Numbered from the stretch's first letter, positions 1 through 8,792 are shown. The stretch is 30,118 nucleotides of DNA from an uncultured Candidatus Poseidoniales archaeon (GCA_964389655.1 CAYMED010000021.1:1-30118), one strand, 5' to 3'. Notes: generated by a model from the sequence alone, not told the origin. A program made the numbers and translations.

Positions 1-93
1 ATGGAACGTAAACTGAAAGATGTCGAATCTATACCATCCTCAAGTTCTTCCAACCTTCTAGAACGGCTAGAAAATGAGCACGATAAAATTTGA
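1..93 (+). CDS. 3' end of a gene truncated by the window edge (…MERKLKDVESIPSSSSSNLLERLENEHDKI*)
   Basis: Frame 1 is open from base 1 to TGA at 91-93. It converges on the helicase stop 36 nt away. Too short to assign a function. Confidence 0.45.
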   Translation: MERKLKDVESIPSSSSSNLLERLENEHDKI

Positions 94-129
94 CCTGCGA
101 GCATAAGTTATTGATGTTAAAATTGAACA

Positions 130-1635
130 TCACTTCTTTCGGAAGTTTTTCGGGCTCTTGTTTGTACGGGACTGTGGCTTTGAACGACTTGATTTAGGAC
201 CGCGGAGATCATACTTGCTCCTTTTGAATCGGCGGTCGCCACGCCTGTTATTTCGTCCATCTTGTCGGTTCTGCCCGCTTGGTCGCTTATTTTGCCGCGA
301 GCCATCTCTCTCGCTTTTCCTTCCGCGCCCACCCCCCTGGGGCCTATTGCGCTTGGATGAGGGACGACCACCCGATTTCCGATGAGGGGATTTCTGCCCC
401 TTATTGTAATAGCTGGATTTCGAACGACGGCTGCGGTTACGATTTTTTGATGGTCGATTTTGCTGTTTTTCCTTCTTCCGATCAGGAGGGGTGTAGATGA
501 ATTCGTGCTCGGGGAGTGCATCTAAATCGGGAGGGGTAAATTGTGACTGAATGCCCACATTCTTCTGTATTTTCCCATATTGCCTTCTTTGTGGCTTTTG
601 AACCAATGAGATGACTATGCCATGTGCTCCTGCTCGGGCAGTACGTCCGCTGCGGTGTTTGTACGCTTTACCATTCTCAGGTGGATCATAATGTATGACA
701 CTTTGAACACCTTCTACATCAATTCCTCGTGCAGCAACATCGGTAGCAATGAGGGCCACAGATTTCCCATCAATGAAACGCTCCATTGCCCGGTCTCGGT
801 TTCTCTGAGTTAAACCTCCGTGAAGAGTTACAATTCGTAGACCCGCCTCTCGCATTTCATTTCCAACACGGTCGACTCCCGCTCTTGTCCTACAAAACAC
901 AATGCTGCGGCCACATTTCTTGATGACATCACTCGCAACCGATGATTTGACTGAGTTACGGGCTAGCCAAAAGAAGTGGTCCATCTGATCCATACTCACT
1001 TCTTCAGGGCCGACTTCAACCATCACAGGGTCATCTTGGTAATCTTCCACCACATCTCCAACTTCATCGTCAAGAGTGGCACTTAGCAGTATGGTTTGCC
1101 GCTCTGAAGAACAATGGTCGAGAATGTGACATACAGGTTCAATGAAACCCATATCTGCCATGCGGTCGGCTTCATCCAATACAACGAAGTCCACATCGTC
1201 CATCTCCACGGCGCCTTGGTCCATTAGATCAATTAGGCGTCCAGGACATGCTACAACGATGTCCACACCCTTCTCTAGGGAGCGGCGTTGCTTCGAATAA
1301 GAGACGCCACCATATACTGAAGTTATTTGTAACCCTATCTCCCCCCCTAGAGGGATTAAAACCGAACATATTTGTTCCGCCAATTCACGTGTTGGGGTCA
1401 AAATCAGAGCCGTAGGACGAAAGGGTTGCGCCTGTTTGCAACGAGATAAAAGAGGAAGTCCAAAAGCAAGTGTTTTGCCAGAACCAGTTGGTGCACGGCA
1501 GCAAACATCTCTGCCCTGAATCGCATGAGGAATTGACTCCCTCTGTATTTCGAACGGTTCAGTGATCCCCTGGTCATTAAGGACTGAAATCAAGCGAGGG
1601 TCAACCCCTAACTCCTCGAAACTGATACCGTTCAC
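130..1635 (-). CDS. DEAD-box ATP-dependent RNA helicase (RhlE/CshA-like) with basic R/K/G-rich C-terminal tail
   Basis: Q motif (FEELG…PFEIQ), motif I APTGSGKT, PTRELA, DEAD, SAT, ARGID, HRSGRTAR. GTG start. Confidence 0.95.
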   Translation of the reverse strand: MNGISFEELGVDPRLISVLNDQGITEPFEIQRESIPHAIQGRDVCCRAPTGSGKTLAFGLPLLSRCKQAQPFRPTALILTPTRELAEQICSVLIPLGGEIGLQITSVYGGVSYSKQRRSLEKGVDIVVACPGRLIDLMDQGAVEMDDVDFVVLDEADRMADMGFIEPVCHILDHCSSERQTILLSATLDDEVGDVVEDYQDDPVMVEVGPEEVSMDQMDHFFWLARNSVKSSVASDVIKKCGRSIVFCRTRAGVDRVGNEMREAGLRIVTLHGGLTQRNRDRAMERFIDGKSVALIATDVAARGIDVEGVQSVIHYDPPENGKAYKHRSGRTARAGAHGIVISLVQKPQRRQYGKIQKNVGIQSQFTPPDLDALPEHEFIYTPPDRKKEKQQNRPSKNRNRSRRSKSSYYNKGQKSPHRKSGGRPSSKRNRPQGGGRGRKSERDGSRQNKRPSGQNRQDGRNNRRGDRRFKRSKYDLRGPKSSRSKPQSRTNKSPKNFRKK

Positions 1636-1688
1636 AATTTCGCATCCGGCAACCGCCCCTATTTAGCAACCGCAGTCATAATCATCAG

Positions 1689-2444
1689 TTATAGCGAACC
1701 TGCAATCCATAACAGTGCAATGGGAAAGATTGCCATTGAAATATCCCTCAACAAATAGGCAATCCGCCTCTCTGATAATTCGTGAATGCGTCGTTCAATA
1801 TATCTTCGAACGACGCCAGAGATCATTTCCTCGGTTTTTGCAGCTCCCCCTTGAACTGCAGAAAGTGCCTTGCTCACAGTTCGTTTGGCGACTCCAATAA
1901 CACCCAATACTGTGCCTTTAACCGAAGGTTCGGGGTTTGGAGATTCATTTAAGTCCGATTCTCGGAGGGGATCCCATCCGGCAAATTTGGCAAAGATGCC
2001 CTTTGTTGCAAACAACCCATCTACCATCATTCGGAGTTTTCGAACATCCTTCTCCCCCGCTAATTGAAGAAGGCGGCGGGTAGGCATGATACGATATAAA
2101 TCGAATAAAACCCACATTACGATTCCCGAACAGAGGACAATCATCGCGTTATTAGATGTTGAATCCCAACTTTCCGGACCTATGGGCCCACTTGTAATTC
2201 GTACAATTATGACTAGAATAACGGGTGAAAGAAAGGCAATTAATTCATTTACGATTAACCATTGAAATCCTTCAACCTCAACTTCCTTGAGGCGTTTCCA
2301 CGCCCATTTAGCATGTGGTGAGAGGTTATTCAGTGCTCGTTTGGCTGGTCGCAGCAGCAAAATCACGCGCAGAATTGCCGGTAAACAGACGATCCAAACG
2401 GCATAAACCGCCCAGGGGCGGTCTAGGGAAAGGTAGCTCAGCAC
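1689..2444 (-). CDS. Hypothetical membrane protein (about 4 predicted TM segments)
   Basis: 251-aa ORF filling the gap, with several hydrophobic stretches and no recognised motif. GTG start. Confidence 0.7.
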   Translation of the reverse strand: MLSYLSLDRPWAVYAVWIVCLPAILRVILLLRPAKRALNNLSPHAKWAWKRLKEVEVEGFQWLIVNELIAFLSPVILVIIVRITSGPIGPESWDSTSNNAMIVLCSGIVMWVLFDLYRIMPTRRLLQLAGEKDVRKLRMMVDGLFATKGIFAKFAGWDPLRESDLNESPNPEPSVKGTVLGVIGVAKRTVSKALSAVQGGAAKTEEMISGVVRRYIERRIHELSERRIAYLLRDISMAIFPIALLWIAGSL

Positions 2445-2546
2445 ATGAGGCCCTCAAAGCCACATACCATCATCCTTACCCGGTTAAACACCGACAGCCC
2501 GAAAGCAGGAGGGCTTGTCGATGGGGATATGCCCTTCACATGGAAT

Positions 2547-2891
2547 ATGTCGGACTGGCTTGGATTTTCGATTGACAAGAAATGGTTGGAAGAAAACATC
2601 CGCTGGAAAGATTTCGAAACCGGGGTTCGGTTGGGTCGCTTAGCTAGGGATGAACAAACCAGCCTAGTCCTCTATGAAGCTGAAACAGAAGTGGAAATAG
2701 ATGCGTTCATGCCCCATACACACCCCGGGGGTGAAGCATATCTCGTCCTTGAAGGAGAAGTATATGATGAAGAGGGAACCTATCCCTCGGGTTCAATTGT
2801 TTGGATGCGGCCAGGGAGCACCCATACACCCAAAACACGTGGGAACACACTCATATTGGTGCTTTGGCCAAATGGGGTCAAAGCGGCTTGA
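2547..2891 (+). CDS. ChrR-like cupin domain protein (Cupin_7)
   Basis: Cupin motifs PHTHPGGE-x-YLVLEG and PGSTHTP. The ORF-track start at 2445 abuts the divergent gene start and leaves no promoter space. ATG 2547 (or 2529) is more plausible; 2547 has TCGATG 23 nt upstream. Confidence 0.8.
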   Translation: MSDWLGFSIDKKWLEENIRWKDFETGVRLGRLARDEQTSLVLYEAETEVEIDAFMPHTHPGGEAYLVLEGEVYDEEGTYPSGSIVWMRPGSTHTPKTRGNTLILVLWPNGVKAA

Positions 2892-2892
2892 T

Positions 2893-3024
2893 CTAGGCGA
2901 AGTGGCCAAAAAAACGCGCTAAAACAGAGTCCCTATGCTTCAAGCGTCGAGGGAAAAAAACCCCGCTTCGATATTCTTGCTCATCCATCACGCGTTCCAC
3001 ATACTCTTCGAGCCATGCGTCCAT
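2893..3024 (-). CDS. Small uncalled protein, 43 aa (MDAWLEEYVERVMDEQEYRSGVFFPRRLKHRDSVLARFFGHFA)
   Basis: ATG at 3024, TAG at 2895-2893. TGAGG SD-like site just upstream, TTTAAA at 3060-3065 with a purine-rich BRE-like stretch. The stop abuts the cupin stop, as in other convergent pairs here. Confidence 0.6.
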   Translation of the reverse strand: MDAWLEEYVERVMDEQEYRSGVFFPRRLKHRDSVLARFFGHFA

Positions 3025-3059
3025 TCTTTGTGCCTCAGTTTAATGAAAATGTGGTGTGC

Positions 3060-3080
3060 TTTAAACATTCGCTTTATTTT
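3060..3080 (-). promoter_or_regulatory. Putative BRE/TATA promoter of the 43-aa ORF
   Basis: Minus strand reads AAAATAAAGCGAATGTTTAAA, with the TATA element 35 nt upstream of the ATG. Confidence 0.5.
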
Positions 3081-3090
3081 TTACACCATA

Positions 3091-5424
3091 TTATCCATTT
3101 TCGACATTTAATGAGGCCCAGGTGGATGAATTGCCTGGCATCCACGATGGCGTCCACCAATTCCATTTCCCCATCAATCTCATTGTTGCTGGGACCAATA
3201 ATGCCCTGACAATCGTTGCATCAACCAGAATTGCTAGAGCCAGTCCAAAACCAATCTGTTTGAGAATTAGAACTGAAGAAAAACCGAATGAGCTGAACAC
3301 TACGACCATGATGGCTGCAGCACCCGTAATGAGACGGCCAGTCTTCTGCAGGCCATTCGCAACGGCTTCTCTGTTATCGCCTGTTCGTTCCCATTCTTCA
3401 TGGATCCTCGACAACATTAGTACTTCATAATCCATGGATAGTCCAAATACAATGCAAAACATGATGATTGGGTTTGCAGAGTCAATTGGTTGTGCTGTAA
3501 AACCAAGAAGATCTGATCCCCACCCCCATTGAAAAACCACCACTAGCATTCCAAATGATGCCGAAATTGACAAGACATTCATGATCACTGCTTTGAATGG
3601 AATGATTAAACTCCCCACTTGTGCGTAGATGAGAAGAATTGTTGCAATGAAAATAAACATGAGTGCGATTGGTAACTTGTCCTTGATTGCATTTAGTGTA
3701 TCGGCGCTATATGCTGCAAAGCCACCGACTAGAATTTCGGATTTGTCCCCATTTTCAAGCCCCGTTCCTAATTCACCAATATTATCGCGCATTGATTCCA
3801 CGTATTTCCGAGATTCTGTGTTTGTTTGCGGTCCAGACAAGGCCAAAGAGATGAATGTCACATCATCTGCAACAAATTCCTCTCTCAAAAATTCTCGAAT
3901 GGCTATTTGTTCCTGTGGAAGAAATTCAGCAGGTGTCTTCCAGAACAGTACCACTTCTTCCTCCGTCATATTTGATTGCGGAAGCGCTGCTGAACGTGCA
4001 CCAGCAACCTCAGAATCTTGCAATTTATTTTGCATCCAACTGTATTGGTGTCGAAGGTTTTTCTCAGATAAGGGGTCTCCACCATCTAGATCAAGTATGA
4101 TCAGTGCTGAATTTGCACTCCTATCGGGCCACAACCGGTCAATGTGTTCTGAACCTTGACGCGATTCATCATCAGGAGGCAAGGCTTCGACTGAAGATAA
4201 GGAAAATTCAGCTTTGAGAAAAGGCATCCCTGCGCCCAACAGCAAAATGAGAGTGGGAATCAATACCGCCCATGGGTGTTTCATCACGGTATGGGCAATT
4301 TTTGCCCACGCACCATCATCAGACTCCCCCGAAGACATTGAAAATGGAACTTTTAGTGAGTTGATCCGCGGGCCTAGCATTGACATGATTGCGGGAAGAA
4401 CAATGACTGCGTATACCATTGCAATACTGACTGCTAATGTCCCCCCAATTCCTAAACTGGGTAAACTGGTATTCGTGAAAAATAGCATCCCCATTAGGCC
4501 AATTGCCACAGTCAGTCCAGAATAAAAGACTGCTTTTCCAGCAGTAGCCACACACATGGCTGTGGCTGTTCGGATATCTCGGCCGCGCCCTAGTTCCTCT
4601 CGAAATCGATTTACCAAGAATAGTGAATAATCTATTGATACCCCAATTCCAATTAAGGAGATGATATTTGTTGAATATTGAGTTACATCAGTGATGTTTG
4701 ATAGCCATACGGTAACTCCCATTGCAGCCATGACTGTTAGCAAACCTACTCCAATTGGTAGCATGGCAGCTACAACTGAGCCAAATACAATTCCCAAAAT
4801 AACTAATGAAAGGGGGCCTGAAATCAATTCTGCCTTGACAAGATCATCATGGATCCTAGTGTCGAAGGAATTGCTAATGGCCATGTCCCCGGTTCGCCAT
4901 GCACTAAATCCAGATTCAATCATCATTGTATCGTGCATATTTGCATAGACATCCTTTGACTCTTTCCGGCTCCCATCGATAATGATCAGGTTGATGGCCC
5001 AAAATCCATCATCCTGCTGGAGAACCCTAAAACTCCGTTCTTCTGGTGAGAGGTTCCAAGAATAATTGACAGATACATCATTTCTAGAGGAGATTTCACC
5101 CAAGGCTTGTTCAACTGCCTTGTGCCAAGTCTCGTCAGAATCATTTAGGCTTGGATGAAATACCAAGTAACGAAATGAATTCACTTCGCCTTCGCCTTCT
5201 GCAAGGAAATGTTCTCTATAGAGGGCCCCCGCACGTAGGCTTTCCAAATCACCCTCGCCATATGATTCTGACCAATCTGGACCCATCCCCATCAATGAAG
5301 CGAGTCCAAAACAAATTAGAATTCCAATCACCGTGGTTTTTGCCCTATGATCGTGAGCAAATTCGCCGATTTTGTAAAATAAACGATCCTTTAGCATCTC
5401 AGGGTCTGTTGCCCCGCCTTGCAT
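3091..5424 (-). CDS. MMPL family (RND superfamily) transporter
   Basis: Two (1 TM + loop + 5 TM) halves with GIGVSIDYSLFLVNRFREE…TAGKAV and FGLSMDYEVLMLSRIHEE…TGRLITGAA…DATIVRALLVPA signatures. Confidence 0.92.
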   Translation of the reverse strand: MQGGATDPEMLKDRLFYKIGEFAHDHRAKTTVIGILICFGLASLMGMGPDWSESYGEGDLESLRAGALYREHFLAEGEGEVNSFRYLVFHPSLNDSDETWHKAVEQALGEISSRNDVSVNYSWNLSPEERSFRVLQQDDGFWAINLIIIDGSRKESKDVYANMHDTMMIESGFSAWRTGDMAISNSFDTRIHDDLVKAELISGPLSLVILGIVFGSVVAAMLPIGVGLLTVMAAMGVTVWLSNITDVTQYSTNIISLIGIGVSIDYSLFLVNRFREELGRGRDIRTATAMCVATAGKAVFYSGLTVAIGLMGMLFFTNTSLPSLGIGGTLAVSIAMVYAVIVLPAIMSMLGPRINSLKVPFSMSSGESDDGAWAKIAHTVMKHPWAVLIPTLILLLGAGMPFLKAEFSLSSVEALPPDDESRQGSEHIDRLWPDRSANSALIILDLDGGDPLSEKNLRHQYSWMQNKLQDSEVAGARSAALPQSNMTEEEVVLFWKTPAEFLPQEQIAIREFLREEFVADDVTFISLALSGPQTNTESRKYVESMRDNIGELGTGLENGDKSEILVGGFAAYSADTLNAIKDKLPIALMFIFIATILLIYAQVGSLIIPFKAVIMNVLSISASFGMLVVVFQWGWGSDLLGFTAQPIDSANPIIMFCIVFGLSMDYEVLMLSRIHEEWERTGDNREAVANGLQKTGRLITGAAAIMVVVFSSFGFSSVLILKQIGFGLALAILVDATIVRALLVPATMRLMGKWNWWTPSWMPGNSSTWASLNVENG

Positions 5425-5581
5425 GAAAGGCGGCGGGTGCAGCCTCTATTTCAACAGCATGTCTCCTATTGATTGGGGGGCAGCCATACAATATTCGAAA
5501 AAAAAAATTGGGCATCCAATGCGATTATCTGCCCGACATATTAGAGGCATATTCAACTGCCTTCCTCAAGCCGACGAAAAT

Positions 5582-7255
5582 ATGGGGGAGTCAAAGCCTA
5601 GTGACTCAATGGGGAATCTGACAATCCCATCTTATGAGTTTGGCGAGACATTAGAGAGGAAGCTCGGTATGGCTTCAGTTGTGATCATATCTCTATCAGC
5701 AATGTTGGGTTCTGGCCTATTTGTGTTACCCGCTTTGGCAATGCTTGACATGGGGGAAGGGACAATCCCAGTGGGTGGAATTTGGTTGGCCTATTTATTG
5801 GCCGCGTTCATTGTACTCCCTGGCGCAATCTCAAAAGGTGAACTCGCAACAGCAATGCCGTCATCAGGTGGATCGTACGTCTATATTGAACGTACATTCG
5901 GCCCCCTCATCGGCACAATTTCGGGTCTAGGTTTATGGGCTAATTTCATGCTTAAATCGGCCTTTGCACTGATTGGTTTCAAGGCCTACCTCATCATTTT
6001 GGAAATTTTACTTGGCGTCACAATTAATATCGAAGTCGCCGCATTGCTACTTCTGTTAATTATTGTCATCACCAATATCTTGGGTCTGAAGAGGATTAAG
6101 AAAGTACAAATTCCAATCGTTCTGACTTCAGTAACATTCCTATTCACGATCTGTATTTGGGCTATGTTTACGATGGAAATGAATTGGAGCGTTGCATTTT
6201 CCAAAGAAGCATATGGTTCTGGATGGGCATCGGTGGCCGAAACAGCAGCATTTGTCTTCGTCGCTTATGCTGGTGTCACAAAAATTGCTGCCGTAGGGGG
6301 GGAAATCAAAAACCCAACTCGAAATATACCCTACGGAATCATACTCTCTTTGCTCATCAGTTGTTTGCTATATGTGGTTATTTCAATTGTTATGGTAGCC
6401 ACGGTTGAACCGTCTGCATACATGACAAATGATGGGCATGCAAGAGAAGACCCAATCTATGTTTTTGCAACTGCAGTGGGTGGCGAAACTGTTGGAATTA
6501 TTGCCGCAGTCCTCGCTGTCACAACAATGACATCGATGGCCCTTGCAGGCATCATGGCTTCATCGAGGTTCCCATTTGCAATGGCTAGGGATAATCTCCT
6601 TCCGGAAGCATTGGAAAATGTCCACCCAAAGTATGAGACGCCCCATCTCTCAATTATTGGCACCGGCATTGCAATGGCACTCGCAATCACCCTGCTTCCT
6701 GTTCACGATATTGCGAAACTCGCATCCGGGTTCAAAATTATGATTTTTATCATCATCAATGCGTGTGTCATTGTTTTGAGAAGGGCCTCGAAATCGCATT
6801 CTTGGTACAACCCTAAATGGAAATCACCGCTGTATCCATTATCCCAATTGATAGGAATCATTGGAGGCTTCGTCCTCATTTATCTGATGGGGGGGAAAGC
6901 CATCATCGGTGGTGCAGCCTGTTGTGTATTGGGATTAATCACCTACTACACATATGGAAAAACACGCGCACGTCCCATGTTGACTCCTTGGAGAACTGTG
7001 CGAACTGAATTCACCAATCCAGATCAGCATGAGAAAGAAAAGAGATGGCTAATTTTTCATACTGCCGCTGACAAGAATAATCCCAATCATTTGACAGAGA
7101 GTGAATTTGTGAAGGCCATGGGAATTCTCGCACCTGACTACGATCGTTTTCATGCCCGCAATATGTTTCATGAAATAGATGCCAATGCTGACGGGATCAT
7201 CGATGTCGACGAATTTTTGGAAAGTTTTGCTAGTGAAATCGGCGAAAACGAATAA
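5582..7255 (+). CDS. APC-superfamily amino acid permease with C-terminal EF-hand pair
   Basis: LERKLG…AMLGSGLFVLP, ELATAMPSSGGSYVY, EIKNPTRNIP, SRFPFAMARD, about 12 TMs, C-terminal DANADGIIDVDE loop. Start moved from 5423 (overlaps the divergent MMPL start) to ATG 5582, which has TTCAAC 24 nt upstream. Confidence 0.9.
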   Translation: MGESKPSDSMGNLTIPSYEFGETLERKLGMASVVIISLSAMLGSGLFVLPALAMLDMGEGTIPVGGIWLAYLLAAFIVLPGAISKGELATAMPSSGGSYVYIERTFGPLIGTISGLGLWANFMLKSAFALIGFKAYLIILEILLGVTINIEVAALLLLLIIVITNILGLKRIKKVQIPIVLTSVTFLFTICIWAMFTMEMNWSVAFSKEAYGSGWASVAETAAFVFVAYAGVTKIAAVGGEIKNPTRNIPYGIILSLLISCLLYVVISIVMVATVEPSAYMTNDGHAREDPIYVFATAVGGETVGIIAAVLAVTTMTSMALAGIMASSRFPFAMARDNLLPEALENVHPKYETPHLSIIGTGIAMALAITLLPVHDIAKLASGFKIMIFIIINACVIVLRRASKSHSWYNPKWKSPLYPLSQLIGIIGGFVLIYLMGGKAIIGGAACCVLGLITYYTYGKTRARPMLTPWRTVRTEFTNPDQHEKEKRWLIFHTAADKNNPNHLTESEFVKAMGILAPDYDRFHARNMFHEIDANADGIIDVDEFLESFASEIGENE

Positions 7256-7316
7256 GCATGCTTGGTGAAATGAGTGAATAAAGCGCAATATTTACGAATC
7301 CAAATATCAACTACAA

Positions 7317-7366
7317 GTGATGATGAAAGAATACATCGAAGCTAATGGTGAGGACCGATGAACTGA
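7317..7366 (+). ncRNA. Candidate archaeal box C/D methylation-guide sRNA
   Basis: Intergenic. Box C GTGATGA 7317-7323, 12-nt guide, D' TCGA 7336-7339, C' ATGGTGA 7345-7351, 11-nt guide, box D CTGA 7363-7366. Span is 50 nt, with an AT-rich TATA-like stretch at about 7288-7296. Confidence 0.55.
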
Positions 7367-7399
7367 TCAATCAAAAACATCTCCTAGGACCGGATTGCG

Positions 7400-8392
7400 A
7401 TGGATAATCGACTCAAAGCCACTCTGCAAAAGCAACGATATCATGTTGTGGGAGACCACGCTGGCGTCAAAGTATGCCATTGGACAAAGGAGAGCCTTTT
7501 GCGCGACAGGGTCTGTTACAAAGGTGAATTCTACGGTGTTGAATCGCATAGATGTCTACAAATGGCACCAGTGGTTGATCAATGCAACCTTGCTTGTACC
7601 TATTGCTGGCGTGAGCCCCACATGGATAGCCTAGAAGCGAGCAAGGATGACCCGTTTGAGATGCTGCATGAGGCAGTACGTGGACAAAGACGACTTTTAA
7701 CGGGATTCAAAGGAGACCCGCGTGTCAATAAAGAGAAATGGGAAGAGGCACAAACTCCAACAAATGTGGCAATTAGTCTCAATGGGGAGCCAACACTTTA
7801 TCCTCGGCTGGGTGAATATATCGAATTTTGTCACGATCATGGGATGACGACAATGCTCGTAACCAATGGCACGCTTCCAAAAGTTCTTGCAACACTAGAT
7901 CCACTTCCAACCCAACTTTACGTGTCTGTTGATGCGCCTAATGAGGAGGTTTGGAATAAACTATGCAAGCCAAAATTTGGTGGTGGTCAATGGCGACGTT
8001 TCATGGAGACTATCGATTTACTGCCTAGTCTTGATACCCGCATTGTTTGCAGACACACACTCGTGAAGGGTGAAAATATGACGCAGATTGAAGAATACGC
8101 TGAACTTGATCGGCGTGCCGACCCCGATTGGGTCGAAGCGAAAGGCTACGTGTTCGTGGGCCATTCCCGGCAAGTAATGAACCTTGATAATATGCCACGG
8201 CATGAAGATGTAATGGAATTTGCGCGTTCGCTTGCACCACTCATTGATCGACAGATCCTCGACGAAGTTCGGGCCAGCCGAGTGGCATTGATCGGGCGGG
8301 AGAAGGTTCCATTGCCAGTGCCTAAAACAAAAACGGAATTTCCAAAGGATTTGGGAAGAGCGCCACCCATCCAAAAATTGAAACTTGTTTGA
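7400..8392 (+). CDS. taw1: 4-demethylwyosine synthase (radical SAM, tRNA-Phe G37 wyosine pathway)
   Basis: KVCHWT, CYK…FYG…SHRCLQM, CNLACTYCWR (CxxxCxxC), AISLNGEPTLYP, LVTNGT, PTQLYVSVDA, VEAKGYVFVGHSR. It lacks the eukaryotic flavodoxin domain. Confidence 0.95.
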   Translation: MDNRLKATLQKQRYHVVGDHAGVKVCHWTKESLLRDRVCYKGEFYGVESHRCLQMAPVVDQCNLACTYCWREPHMDSLEASKDDPFEMLHEAVRGQRRLLTGFKGDPRVNKEKWEEAQTPTNVAISLNGEPTLYPRLGEYIEFCHDHGMTTMLVTNGTLPKVLATLDPLPTQLYVSVDAPNEEVWNKLCKPKFGGGQWRRFMETIDLLPSLDTRIVCRHTLVKGENMTQIEEYAELDRRADPDWVEAKGYVFVGHSRQVMNLDNMPRHEDVMEFARSLAPLIDRQILDEVRASRVALIGREKVPLPVPKTKTEFPKDLGRAPPIQKLKLV

Positions 8393-8393
8393 C

Positions 8394-8792
8394 CTAAATA
8401 GGCTCTAGGTTTAGAGTCCAAGATACATCTGCTCCTGAGTCTTGAATCATAGACCCAACAGAGCAATATTTCTCCTGGCTGGCTTCAATTAAACGACGAA
8501 TCTTCATTTCAGGGGCATCTGTAGAGAGGTTATAGTGCAAGAAAATAGAGGTATAAACGCGAGGGGGGGAATCGGCTCTCTCATAATCAAGGCCAATGGA
8601 AGCAGAGGCAAGATTATGCCGCTCGATACCAGCAATTACGTCGATTAAGGTGCAGGCGCCCATTGCTAAAATCACCGCTTGCATGGGGGAGGCTGCAACA
8701 TCACCATCACCATCGAGTTCAAGAGAGGGGCTTTTCCCAACAGACCCACTCATCCGAAGTCCCTCTCCTGTCCACGAAATTATTCCACTCAT
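8394..8792 (-). CDS. OsmC/Ohr family protein (YhfA-like)
   Basis: SPMQ…MGACTLIDV and EKYCSV carry the two conserved cysteines. Confidence 0.85.
   Translation of the reverse strand: MSGIISWTGEGLRMSGSVGKSPSLELDGDGDVAASPMQAVILAMGACTLIDVIAGIERHNLASASIGLDYERADSPPRVYTSIFLHYNLSTDAPEMKIRRLIEASQEKYCSVGSMIQDSGADVSWTLNLEPI

Noticed and set aside
130-480. Low-complexity R/K/G/S-rich segment as a separate element
   Set aside because: It is the usual basic disordered tail of DEAD-box helicases.
2492-2520. SRP RNA helix-8-like element (GCCCGAAAGCAGG)
   Set aside because: It lacks the conserved symmetric loop context, and there is no room for an archaeal 7S RNA of about 300 nt.
5423-5581. 53-aa N-terminal extension of the permease, and an A10 tract (5498-5507) as a phase-variation switch
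   Set aside because: The extension overlaps the divergent MMPL start and covers both promoters. With the 5582 start the tract is non-coding and outside the TATA-start spacers, and nothing here shows length variation.
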